A stretch of DNA of 63,701 nt, counting the filler, from Thermoplasmatota archaeon (lineage in GTDB: Archaea; Thermoplasmatota; E2; JACPAO01; JAHFTW01), in the NCBI GenBank assembly GCA_041623215.1. It is 4 parts of 4 records of this genome, joined end to end, with 100 filler letters (N's around TTAATTAATTAA, not from the genome) between each part and the next. Parts side by side here need not be neighbours in the genome. Positions count along the whole stretch, not along the records: positions 36,778 to 54,719 come from JBFJXH010000028.1; positions 54,820 to 63,701 come from JBFJXH010000068.1; 2 more parts are not named here. One strand, given 5' to 3'. Of this stretch, positions 46,901-55,434 are shown one piece after another (position 1 is the first letter of the stretch; every line of letters begins with the position of its first letter). The translations under genes and the position numbers were made by a program. The notes under the pieces are model-generated. The model was not told the DNA's origin. It was given only the letters and a program-made list of their open reading frames with translations, and ran no database searches.

Positions 46901-47469
46901 ACGGGCGCACGGTGAGCATCCCGTCGGTCCGCTTCGCGGAGCGAGATGGCTTTCGAATTACGCTACCTGAGGCACCTAGTGGCGACCATCAAGTCACCGT
47001 GGCATTGCAAGACCTTGCAGGCAACAGCGCCAACTTTGGCCCCTGGGCCCTACCGTATGACGTAGATGCGCCGCGCCTGTCGGCGACGCGAGGTGGAACC
47101 GGGGTCCTCGTCGCAGCCGAGGATGGGGAGAGCGGGCTCGTGAGTATCAAGGCGACCATGCGTGGCCGGGAATGGATTGAAGTTGGTCAAGGCGCCGCCC
47201 GGCTGGCACTCGACTTGCCTGAATTGGATGATGAAGTGCTGGTCACGGCGGTGGATGTAGCGGGCAATGCCATTACCCGTCTGTTGACTGTGGATGGCGA
47301 CCTGATTGAGGCCCCGCAGGACTCCCCGGACGGTGGTGCAACAGACGGCCACGCAGGTGCCCCGGGCGGCGACCCGGCGGGGGACGGAAACGGAATCCCC
47401 GTGCCTGGGGTGTTTGCGGCCGCTTTGCTGTTGGTTGGGGCAGCCTACGTCGGTCGCGCCCGCCGGTAG
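43906..47469 (+). CDS. Large surface protein: helical domain, internal two-TM hairpin, beta-propeller, Ig-like repeats, C-terminal anchor
   Basis: Signal peptide; internal GIPGPG-TM-RSPRGR-TM-GSAQ; about 7 blade-like repeats (VHFVY, LDLFW, LHTAW, AHMVW, IHLAY, VIMMW, LHWTF); three D-x-AGN Ig repeats; terminal GIPVPG-TM-RARR. Confidence 0.85.
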   Translation: MVLAPGRALAFAFLIATASLLVAVPDAYAGAHGGREVPLAASDAARDFVGSADSGAGTSARGLGANLASVQVYGTDYALSQTSSLWEDAQKAADPAREYRSQLGSILLQAEARLAGARAAFLESVDGGVDRSTFQDHLAAANLLVLADADLTQFRLQSWDALQEDPDQVYAVAKRISLSSPLFTGQVLSEAAAGAAAVLPAATGPMLDLQQMADHLPASALAGGENVILALARQTNDRAQAMIANELPREIAQRNITASTILDAIQLEIDNFAAPGSLARAGWATTWADEVERGASWWVVHNRDVEPIKTVAGSLYTWALLKATAEESEMLLEVYGGEERGIPGPGIAALLVGLLGLTRSPRGRIVAGLLVGLAILTLLVPGGSAQPYLVSDPVAPALFGHSTSDDTGLVHFVYMDTAAASNNFIQYRTYDPILDRWSDASAVAFPGAEAIRGEPHIFSKGNRLDLFWTSQESGGQDPEAYYPHTCRLVDGACGMVEAVGRPDHAVRDRAEVVYGADDGVLHTAWLEEADRELNEHIVQYRYRGADGWMAPITFDTGSRNQSHPALAVDARGTAHMVWHEMDPAVHCTPYLVGCPTRIMYAQIPAGAAGPARLEELEHDPGERPAPAVALAIEDGTIHLAYGVKFGPFDLDPGRLYHRMKPVDSGSWSEPVSVPHYERSAASYISFDVNDDGVIMMWHETSEESPGFQVARRTGGLWQRAENILDNRLGARFTVADRTPDGVLHWTFTGTAPGDGQPRIYYFPHLDIPPYHLPEIADVTPPNEVWVNDNPPRVTLRPIVSRAIDLEESRIFVDGIPVNIHLEGNLLVSEGLTTLQDGKHAVRVVLTDVEGGEAEESWSMWLDRQPPSFAWSIELDNGTPARGWHASPVFIRPSVQQDGSAFAWLEIQTNGGPWEYWGDSARTEFQIPEGRLWTMRMRAIDQAGNVNLGDPVSAGWDDDAPVIDPPTAQWGRPGAVLQFTSPTLGNGSSVEALVELVLADGRTVSIPSVRFAERDGFRITLPEAPSGDHQVTVALQDLAGNSANFGPWALPYDVDAPRLSATRGGTGVLVAAEDGESGLVSIKATMRGREWIEVGQGAARLALDLPELDDEVLVTAVDVAGNAITRLLTVDGDLIEAPQDSPDGGATDGHAGAPGGDPAGDGNGIPVPGVFAAALLLVGAAYVGRARR

Positions 47470-47572
47470 CTCCGTCGCGTCAGCCGAATCCCTTGCCTCA
47501 AAGATGGCTGGGCAGCCGCCATCGCTGTCTGCGGAGCGCAAGCATCTTTGTTGGGCGCGCGCTGCCGGCCCC

Positions 47573-48454
47573 ATGGAGGATGTCCGCAGCGCAGCCTGGG
47601 CCTTGCGTGATGCGTTTGGCGCCTCCAAGATTCTCTTGGCCGGGGGCGACCTGGAAGCAATCAGTGGTTGGCTGGCGGCTGCTGGCAGTGCAACCCCAAT
47701 TCTGGTGGCATCTCCGCATCCGGGTGCCACGGATCGCTTCCGACGCCCGACCAGTGATGGCGACGACCAGGCCGATGCCAATCAGGATGTAGAGGTTCTT
47801 CGACTTGGATTTCGCATGGGCAACGGCATCGACTCCCTTCGCCTTTTGCGCGATATCGTGCTGACCGCGTACGTCGAGGGTTACATTGCTGCCGACGAGC
47901 GACTCATGGTAGCGGCCCTGGGGGATGAGGGTGACGTCGGGCTGCATTGCTTTGACATGAGCCATGACGAATCGGTCGCCCGGCTCAAGAAAGACCTCGA
48001 GTACCGCGCAGATGTGGGTGTGGTCGAGGCGGTGTTGCATCTCGCAAGAGACTTGGCACGCGAGGGACGCGAACACAGCCCCGTTGGTGCCTTGTGGGCA
48101 ATCGGTGACACAGACCGTGTGCTCAAGCATAGTCGACAGGTCGTGCTGAATCCCTTTGAGGGGCATCCCCCGCAGGACCGCAGCGCGTTGGATCCCCGCA
48201 ATTGGGAAACCATCAAGGAATTCGCGCAGATTGACGGCGCTATGATTGTGCGGGACGATGGCGTCTTGGAAGCGGCTGGCCGCTACATCGAGGTGCGTGA
48301 TCCCACCGATCTGCAATCGGGCTTGGGGGGCCGTCACTTGGCGGCGGCGGCCATTACCAATGAAACCAAGGCCATCGCGATTACGCTCAGCGAAACCGGC
48401 GTTATTCGAATCTTCAAAGATGGGCGGTCCCTGTTGCGAATCGGGGTCACCTGA
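47573..48454 (+). CDS. dacZ: Diadenylate cyclase (DisA_N domain, archaeal DacZ-like)
   Basis: EGRE-x2-PVGA, LNPFEG, KEFAQIDGAMIV (DGA), GLGGRHLAAAAIT (RH); start reset to ATG 47573. Confidence 0.88.
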   Translation: MEDVRSAAWALRDAFGASKILLAGGDLEAISGWLAAAGSATPILVASPHPGATDRFRRPTSDGDDQADANQDVEVLRLGFRMGNGIDSLRLLRDIVLTAYVEGYIAADERLMVAALGDEGDVGLHCFDMSHDESVARLKKDLEYRADVGVVEAVLHLARDLAREGREHSPVGALWAIGDTDRVLKHSRQVVLNPFEGHPPQDRSALDPRNWETIKEFAQIDGAMIVRDDGVLEAAGRYIEVRDPTDLQSGLGGRHLAAAAITNETKAIAITLSETGVIRIFKDGRSLLRIGVT

Positions 48455-48528
48455 CGGCGCCCGTAAGGCGCCGTTGCCTTGTGCTAGCGCCCAAACGGGG
48501 TTTAAGTTGCGGGGCCCGGTCGAACCGC

Positions 48529-49422
48529 GTGCACATCCAGGTGCTGACCCGCGAACCTCGCCTGTATTCGGTGCGGCGCTTCCAGGAAGAAGCCCGCCGC
48601 CAAGGCCACCGCATCACCACCATGGATGTCATGAAGACGGCGCTCGTACTTCATGCGCAGCGGCCGGGCCTCTACTACCGGGGTGATCCAGTGCGGCCGG
48701 TTGACGTGGATGTCGTGTTGCCCCGCATTGGCGCCAGCGTGACCGACGCCGGTTGCAGTGTGGTTAACCAACTCGAAATCATGGGCATTCCGGTGGTCAA
48801 CGGGGCCCAAGCGATTCTGCGCGCACGAGACAAGTTGCGGGCTTTCCAGGTGCTGAGTCGTTGCGACGTGGACATTCCAAAGACCGTCGTCATTCGGGAT
48901 GTGCGCGACCTTGATGCGGCCCTGGACCTTGTGGGGGGCACACCTTGCATCCTCAAGCTGCTAAAGGGTACCCACGGCGTTGGCGTCATGATTGCCGAAA
49001 GTCGCGGTAGCATCGAGGCCATTCTGCAAACCCTGTGGAGCCTCGGCCATGTCATCCTGCTCCAGGAATTCATCAAGGAATCAAAGGGTCGCGACGTCCG
49101 GGCCTTCGTGGTCGGTGACCACGTGGTAGGGGCCATGAGAAGAGAAGCCAAGATTGGCGAGTTTCGTTCCAACATCCACCGCGGCGGCGACGGTCGTCCC
49201 GTGGACTTGACGCCGGACCAGCGATTGCATTGTATTGAGGCCGCTCACGCCATGGGCCTGTCAGTGGCCGGCGTCGATTTCCTGGAAGGACACGATGGGC
49301 CGAAGATTTTGGAAGTCAACGCCAGCCCTGGCTTCCAAGGCCTTGAGAAGGCTACGGGTCAGAACATTGCGGGCGAGGTAATTCGCTTCTGCGCCGAGTA
49401 TGCGCGGAGGCTGGACCGATGA
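48529..49422 (+). CDS. rimK: RimK-family alpha-L-glutamate ligase (ATP-grasp)
   Basis: LYSVRR, PRIGASVT, RDKLR, GTHGVGV, QEFIKESKG-x-DVR, FRSNIHRGG, EVNASPG; GTG start with a TTTAAG box at 48501. Confidence 0.92.
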   Translation: MHIQVLTREPRLYSVRRFQEEARRQGHRITTMDVMKTALVLHAQRPGLYYRGDPVRPVDVDVVLPRIGASVTDAGCSVVNQLEIMGIPVVNGAQAILRARDKLRAFQVLSRCDVDIPKTVVIRDVRDLDAALDLVGGTPCILKLLKGTHGVGVMIAESRGSIEAILQTLWSLGHVILLQEFIKESKGRDVRAFVVGDHVVGAMRREAKIGEFRSNIHRGGDGRPVDLTPDQRLHCIEAAHAMGLSVAGVDFLEGHDGPKILEVNASPGFQGLEKATGQNIAGEVIRFCAEYARRLDR

Positions 49423-50531
49423 GCGCTGAGTACCGGATGCCGGTAATCTGCGGGCAGCGCCCGAAGCGCGGTACGACGCGCAAGGTGAACATCAAGCTCA
49501 GCGAAACGGTGTTCCATCAACCGGCCCGTGTGCCCGTGACCATCATTGCCGGCCGCGAACCCGGTCCTACGCTCTTTCTGACCGCCGCCGTCCACGGCGA
49601 CGAGATTAATGGCGTGGCGATTGTGCGCCGCGTCCTCGAACGGGTCAACGCGGACGACTTGCGTGGCGTCCTGGTAGTGGTTCCCGTCGTCAACCGCTTC
49701 GGTTTCCCCCATGGGGATCGCTACATGCCCGACCGGCGCGATCTCAATCGTTCCTTCCCTGGCAACCCCGATGGCAGCATGGCGAGCCGTATGGCGCATG
49801 CCCTTTTCGAGAAAGTCATTCGTTCCTGCGATTACGGGATTGACCTGCACACGGCTGCGAGTGGACGAAGCAACCTTTGCCATGTTCGTGGCGACAGCGA
49901 AGATGAACAGGTACGTGCCATCATGAAGGCCTTCGGTGTGCCCATCATGCTCGATGGCGCTGGCCCAAAGGGAAGCCTCCGGGGCGCCGCAACAGCGGCG
50001 GGTGTCCCCACCATTATTTTTGAGGCTGGGGAACCAAATCGCTTCGAGGAGCACGTGGTGGAGATGGGCACCCGCGGGGTCCTCCGTGTCTTGCGGCACG
50101 TGGGGATGCTTCCCGGCCGGCTGCGAAAGCCCCCGCTCCAGACGCTCATTAAGCAATCCGAATGGGTGCGCTCCAACCATGGCGGCATCGTCCATATCCT
50201 CGTGGAGCCCGGCGATTTGGTTGGCCGGGGAAAACGTCTTGCCACCATCGAGGACCCTTACGGCCGCCACGTGGACCATATCCGCGCGCCCTTTTCCGGT
50301 GTGGTACTCTCAACCAGTACGATTCCCCTGTGCAACCCGGGAACGGCCATGGTCCACCTGGCTCGCCTGCGAAAGACCCTGAAAGCGGTCCGGACTTTTG
50401 TGGAAGACGGTGGCGACTTGGGGCACATTCACGTGCAGAAACCACGGACCGTCAAGAAGCGGTCGAAGGCGCGTGCTACCCCAGCAGCAAGCGCACCCAA
50501 GGACGATGCGGGCGGCTCGGCGCCCAGCTAA
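49419..50531 (+). CDS. Succinylglutamate desuccinylase/aspartoacylase (AstE/M14-like) protein
   Basis: AAVHGDEING, RRDLNRSFPG, IDLHT, FEAGE; ATGA overlap with rimK. Confidence 0.92.
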   Translation: MSAEYRMPVICGQRPKRGTTRKVNIKLSETVFHQPARVPVTIIAGREPGPTLFLTAAVHGDEINGVAIVRRVLERVNADDLRGVLVVVPVVNRFGFPHGDRYMPDRRDLNRSFPGNPDGSMASRMAHALFEKVIRSCDYGIDLHTAASGRSNLCHVRGDSEDEQVRAIMKAFGVPIMLDGAGPKGSLRGAATAAGVPTIIFEAGEPNRFEEHVVEMGTRGVLRVLRHVGMLPGRLRKPPLQTLIKQSEWVRSNHGGIVHILVEPGDLVGRGKRLATIEDPYGRHVDHIRAPFSGVVLSTSTIPLCNPGTAMVHLARLRKTLKAVRTFVEDGGDLGHIHVQKPRTVKKRSKARATPAASAPKDDAGGSAPS

Positions 50532-52141
50532 TATCCAAACGCGTCGTCGTCATAGGGGCCCGGCATCATGCTTGTGGCCAGTGGGGCAGCCATGGCAGGC
50601 CCTGTCAAGCTGAGGACGGTCACCATAGGCGCAACGTGCACCGTTCCTTCGTATTCGGTCAAATCTACCGTGGACGAAGCGAATGCCGTGAGACTGGCCG
50701 TGGAGGGCAAGGTCCACTCGCCGTCGTCGGGAAGGAAGTCGTTAGCATTGGCCAAGGCGGCCTCCAAGTCTGTTTCGTCCCACGCTTGCCGTACGTTTCC
50801 GGATGCGTGGACCGGCAGGTAGCCATCTTTGGCAAGCCACACTTGCGTGCCCGCGACTTCCATGGATTGATCAAGGCCTTGGCCACGGATGCGAATCAGG
50901 CTGTTGGCATCTAGGCGTAGGGTGTCAACGGCGCGTTCGCCAACCTGCCTGGTACCGCCTTCCGTAATCACGAGCTCTTGTTCAATCGTCATCCGGAGGT
51001 CGTCGTCGCCCCAATCGGCCTTGACAAGGAAGCGGTCGCCGGGCAGTAAGTCCATGCCCCAAAGGTCTGCCATGACGTCCGCGATTTCGCCCACGGGGGC
51101 GTCGTCGGGGGCGGATTCGCTGGAGCGTGGGAAGTCGCCGCTCAAGCGGCCCATGCCGAAGGTTGGGTCGTAACCTTCTGGGTGGTCTGGGTCCACGATT
51201 TCGACGTCGGCAGCTAGATTGTACGAGCCACTGGTTACCATGGTGCGAACTTCGAGGCCATCAAGCAGCAATTCCAAAAGTCCCTCTAGGTCGGCGCTAG
51301 CGTCAACGGTCGCGCTGACGGGACCGCTCCACGACTCGCCGGTGCCATCTTCGTAGGTGGTTTGTTGGTCCACTTGGGCGCCGGCATCCACTACAACGGC
51401 GGCGCTGAGGTCAATGTCCCACGCTTGATGGGTGTCATGGGAAATGCCAAGGTCGGCCTGGACGGAGGCCGTCACGCTGCCGTAGAGGTCCCGGGCCTGC
51501 AGGTCTTCGTATGTGATGGTTTCTTGCCATCCGCACGAGCCGTACGGGCTGTCTTCGGTCGGTTCGCTGCAACTGAAGGACTCGTCGCTAGAAGTGCCGG
51601 CATGGCCAAGTCGGTCAGCGCTCGCCTCGTACCCGCCCTCTGCGGTCATGGACCAACGAGCGCTGCTACCTGGCTGGGCGGACCAAGGCATGGGGTAGCC
51701 GGAGATTTCGAGCCAATCGACCACGTGGCCTTCGCGTTCAGCCAGCGTATCGTCGCCGGCGCGAAGCGCCACGGGGCTGTACAGAAGGACGTTGTCAATG
51801 ACCAATGTGTCCCCTGCGGACAGGGTTGTGGATTCGGTAAACCGGCTGGCGGGGTGCTCCCTGTCGCGGGCGCCAACATCCACGTACGCTACAGTCACAT
51901 CCTCGACCGCGACATCGGGCCCTTCGTGCGTGTAGCGGAATCGTGTCGTCGAAAACGCCGCCAAGATGTCGCTGGAATCGACGGCGTTGTCAAGCGCAGC
52001 GAGCGTTTCTTCATTGAAGTCCATGGTCACCTCGCGCGTCAACGTTCCTTCCGCAGCTTCGTCGCCGGGAGCAACATCTACGCAGCCAGCCATGCCGGCA
52101 ACAAGCATACTAATGACGGCCAACCGGGCCCTCACGTCCAT
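50528..52141 (-). CDS. Acidic lipoprotein of unknown function
   Basis: Lipobox VAGMAGC; Asp/Glu-rich, beta-rich composition. Confidence 0.8.
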   Translation of the reverse strand: MDVRARLAVISMLVAGMAGCVDVAPGDEAAEGTLTREVTMDFNEETLAALDNAVDSSDILAAFSTTRFRYTHEGPDVAVEDVTVAYVDVGARDREHPASRFTESTTLSAGDTLVIDNVLLYSPVALRAGDDTLAEREGHVVDWLEISGYPMPWSAQPGSSARWSMTAEGGYEASADRLGHAGTSSDESFSCSEPTEDSPYGSCGWQETITYEDLQARDLYGSVTASVQADLGISHDTHQAWDIDLSAAVVVDAGAQVDQQTTYEDGTGESWSGPVSATVDASADLEGLLELLLDGLEVRTMVTSGSYNLAADVEIVDPDHPEGYDPTFGMGRLSGDFPRSSESAPDDAPVGEIADVMADLWGMDLLPGDRFLVKADWGDDDLRMTIEQELVITEGGTRQVGERAVDTLRLDANSLIRIRGQGLDQSMEVAGTQVWLAKDGYLPVHASGNVRQAWDETDLEAALANANDFLPDDGEWTLPSTASLTAFASSTVDLTEYEGTVHVAPMVTVLSLTGPAMAAPLATSMMPGPYDDDAFGY

Positions 52142-52214
52142 GGCTGGGATGACGGGAGCATCCTACATGAACGGCTTGGGCAACCCTTGAAGCCCAAAGG
52201 CCCGTTTCCCACCT

Positions 52215-53525
52215 GTGGACCCAGTTGCCCGCATGCTCAGCCGTGCCTGGTTACGGCATGGTCGGGCCTGGTGGGCGGCGACGGTGGTCACGCTGGGCCT
52301 CGTGGTGGCGCTTCTCATCGTGGTGATGGCGCTCTTTGCCGGCACCCAAGAAGAAGTGGATGGACGGGTGGCGGCCTTCTTCACCGGAGAGGTCAGGGTA
52401 ACTCCAGTCGAAGCGGGTGTTGCCCCAACGGTGATGTTTCCCGCTGGGGCCCTGGCGGATGCACAGGAGGCAAGCGGCGCGGACCTGCGCGGGTCGTTGG
52501 AATCACCCGTCGTCCTGTCGAGGCGTTCGCTGCTGGAAGCCTATCTGGAGGAAGACGAGCAATTCCGGGTTGACGTGCCGGGTGCAGGCAACGGCACCGG
52601 CGACGGCTATGGCATTGGCATCCTCATCGGGTTAGACCCGGACGACCGCGACGCCTGGCGCAACTTAGCTCCGTACCGAACGTCTGGGCGATGGCCGGGG
52701 GTCGGCGACGACGGCGTCGTCGAGGTGATGATGGCCACTTATCGCCTCGACCGCTTCTTGACGCCGGCCGAACGGGCAAGCCTACCCTCCTGGCCGCCGG
52801 ATGCCGCCGACTTGGCCCGCTTCCGCTTTGAGATTACCACCGCCTATGTGGACCCAGATGCGCCGTTCAAGGATGTCATCCGGCGACCGGCCCGGATTGT
52901 GGGCCTGTTCGACACGGGCTTGGATGCGCTTGATTCTGTGGCCGTGGTGGTACCCATCCAGGATGCGCGTACCCTGGTGGGTCGCGCTCCCAATTCGAGC
53001 TTCGTGAATGTCATCACGGGGCCGGCAGAGTTGACGCCATGGGCTGCCAGCCACGGCCATGCAACGGAGGATGCACCCACCTTTTCCAAGCGCTATGTCG
53101 GCCAACTGATTGATGTTGTGCAGGCGTTGGCGCTGTTGTCTACGAGTTTACTCGCAGCCCTACCGGCCTTCCTGATTTGGTTCGGTCTATCGCAGGCGCT
53201 TCGGCGCCAGCACAAGGAGATGCGCGTGGCAAGAGCCATTGGCGTGGCTCGGACCCGCATCGGAGCGGCGACTGGCCTCCTTGTGTCGCACATTGCTTTG
53301 CGGTCGTTCCTGGCCGCCCTTGCGGTAGTCGCCGTCACGACTGCCATGGTGCTGGTCTGGCTAGCTTCTTGGTCCGGCAGCCCCCTGCCCCTTGGCATCC
53401 GAGTTCGTTGGACCCACGTCGTCGCCGGAGGCCTCGTGCTGGTTGCCACGAGCTTCATTGCATGGCTGGGCGCCGGCCGGCCGCCGCGCCGGGCCAGTGC
53501 TGCGCGCGGCTTGAGCGACGCGTGA
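52215..53525 (+). CDS. FtsX/MacB/LolE-like ABC permease
   Basis: One N-terminal TM, large extracytoplasmic loop (IVGLFDTG), then three TM with KEMRVARAIG. Confidence 0.75.
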   Translation: MDPVARMLSRAWLRHGRAWWAATVVTLGLVVALLIVVMALFAGTQEEVDGRVAAFFTGEVRVTPVEAGVAPTVMFPAGALADAQEASGADLRGSLESPVVLSRRSLLEAYLEEDEQFRVDVPGAGNGTGDGYGIGILIGLDPDDRDAWRNLAPYRTSGRWPGVGDDGVVEVMMATYRLDRFLTPAERASLPSWPPDAADLARFRFEITTAYVDPDAPFKDVIRRPARIVGLFDTGLDALDSVAVVVPIQDARTLVGRAPNSSFVNVITGPAELTPWAASHGHATEDAPTFSKRYVGQLIDVVQALALLSTSLLAALPAFLIWFGLSQALRRQHKEMRVARAIGVARTRIGAATGLLVSHIALRSFLAALAVVAVTTAMVLVWLASWSGSPLPLGIRVRWTHVVAGGLVLVATSFIAWLGAGRPPRRASAARGLSDA

Positions 53526-53555
53526 CCCTTTTTTGCCAGGGCCAGGTGGCGGCGC

Positions 53556-54704
53556 ATGGACTTCACGCCCACGCCCGAGCATGACCTGATTCGTCAGACC
53601 ATGCGGGAGTTCGCCGAAACAGAGGTTGCGGCGGTAGCCCAATCCATGGATGAAAGCGACCAGTGGCCGTCTGAGCTGGATGCCAAGTTGGCCGCCATGG
53701 GCCTCATGGGCATGGTCGCGCCGCAAGAATTGGGTGGCGCGGGCGTTGACACCGTGAGCTACAATATCGCAATCGAGGAAATCGCCCGGGTGAGTGGCAG
53801 TGTAGCCCTTTCGCTGGCGGCCCAGAACGGCTTGGGCTATGGGCACATCCTAGGCCAAGGGACCCCGGAACAACGGGAAAAATACGTACCTCCCATGGCA
53901 CGCGGCGAAGCCTGGGGGGCGTGGTGCCTCACGGAACCATCAGCCGGGAGCGACGCCGCCGGCATTCAAACGCAGGCGGTTCGCGAGGGTGATGGCTGGC
54001 GCATCAATGGCCAAAAACAGTTCATCACAAATGGCCACATCGCCCAGACCTTCACGATTATGGCCAAGACCGACCCGGACAAGGGGGCGCACGGCATTAC
54101 GGCGTTCATCGGTGAGGCCGGGGAGAAGGGCTTGAACCTTGGCAACAAGGAAGACAAGCTGGGCATGCGTGGCAGCATCACGAGCCAGATCTATTTCGAG
54201 GACCTGTGGCTGCCTGATGATCGCGTTATTGGCGGCGAGGCAGGCATCGGTCAAGGTTTCATTGGCACCATGCAAACCCTGGACGCAGGGAGAATTGCCA
54301 TTGGCAGTCTGGCGCTTGGCCTGGCCCAGGGGGCGTACGATGCGGCACTCGCCTATGCCAAGGAGCGACACCAATTTGGCAAGCCCATCGGATCCAACCA
54401 GGCAATTCAGTGGAAACTAGCCGACATGGCGACGCAAATTGACGCGGCACGTCTGCTTCTGCAACGCGCGGCGGTTCTCAAGGACCAAGGGAAGGGATTC
54501 ACCACGGAGGCCAGCATGGGCAAGCTTTACGCCAGCGAGGTCGGCATGAAGGCCACCACGGAGGCAATTCAAATTCATGGCGGCAACGGCTACACGCGCG
54601 ATTACCCGGTTGAGCGCATGTTCCGTGACGTCAAGTTGTGCGAAATTGGCGAAGGGTCGAGTGAAGTCCAACGCATGGTCATCTCCAAGCGCTTGCTGGC
54701 CTGA
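53556..54704 (+). CDS. Acyl-CoA dehydrogenase
   Basis: [56 protein letters not shown]. Confidence 0.96.
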   Translation: MDFTPTPEHDLIRQTMREFAETEVAAVAQSMDESDQWPSELDAKLAAMGLMGMVAPQELGGAGVDTVSYNIAIEEIARVSGSVALSLAAQNGLGYGHILGQGTPEQREKYVPPMARGEAWGAWCLTEPSAGSDAAGIQTQAVREGDGWRINGQKQFITNGHIAQTFTIMAKTDPDKGAHGITAFIGEAGEKGLNLGNKEDKLGMRGSITSQIYFEDLWLPDDRVIGGEAGIGQGFIGTMQTLDAGRIAIGSLALGLAQGAYDAALAYAKERHQFGKPIGSNQAIQWKLADMATQIDAARLLLQRAAVLKDQGKGFTTEASMGKLYASEVGMKATTEAIQIHGGNGYTRDYPVERMFRDVKLCEIGEGSSEVQRMVISKRLLA

Positions 54705-54719
54705 GCGGGGGCGCGGGGC

Positions 54720-54819
54720 NNNNNNNNNNNNNNNNNNNNNNNNNNNNNNNNNNNNNNNNNNNNTTAATTAATTAANNNNNNNNNNNNNNNNNNNNNNNNN
54801 NNNNNNNNNNNNNNNNNNN
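54720..54819. other. Artificial contig spacer
   Basis: N44-TTAATTAATTAA-N44. Confidence 0.97.
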
Positions 54820-55434
54820 ATCCAAGTTGCCTACGGAGCGCTGGGTGGCAAATGGGCCCCGGTGCGCGACTACCGCGACCAATTCAGCGATGCTCCCCAG
54901 CGCACTGCGTCCCTGTTGTCGGCCCGCATCAACGCGATGGCCTACGTCGCCACCAGTGGCACCGTCCACATGATCATCGCCGAGCACTACGATGGCGCCG
55001 AAAGTGCCGACGGTTCCCCCTTCTTCAAGACCTACGCCGTTGTGCACGGAGGGGGCCGCACGCTTGGCACCTGGGACGTCGGCTACGGTGATCCGGCCAG
55101 CCGGGTCGCATTCCCGGCGCATGTCGCAGGCCTGGACGCCGGCGTTTATGGTGATGCCAAGGACAGCATCGTGGTCCACACCACCAACAGCGGGGACGAA
55201 CGGGTCTTCATCGCGTTCGGCGACCACGGCGTCGTTCGCTACGCCGAGCTGTTGGAGGTCCAGCCCACGCCGCCCGCCTTCCCGCCCATCACGCCAGCAG
55301 CACCCGTTCCAACACCCATCCCCGGTGCCAATCCCGCCATCGTTGGCGCGGTGGCAGGCACTCTCTCAACTGCGGTGGTCGCCCGCATGGTCGCGGCCAA
55401 AAAGAAGAAAACAGCGGAGGCACCGAGCCTATGA
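54820..55434 (+). CDS. C-terminal fragment of a membrane-anchored surface protein (5'-truncated)
   Basis: Frame open from the contig edge; Pro-rich linker, TM, KKKK tail; ATGA overlap with lonB. Confidence 0.75.
   Translation: MQVAYGALGGKWAPVRDYRDQFSDAPQRTASLLSARINAMAYVATSGTVHMIIAEHYDGAESADGSPFFKTYAVVHGGGRTLGTWDVGYGDPASRVAFPAHVAGLDAGVYGDAKDSIVVHTTNSGDERVFIAFGDHGVVRYAELLEVQPTPPAFPPITPAAPVPTPIPGANPAIVGAVAGTLSTAVVARMVAAKKKKTAEAPSL

Noticed and set aside
47573..48454. Cyclic-nucleotide anti-phage system (CBASS-like)
   Set aside because: The enzyme is a DisA_N/DacZ cyclase, not a CD-NTase, and no effector genes are adjacent
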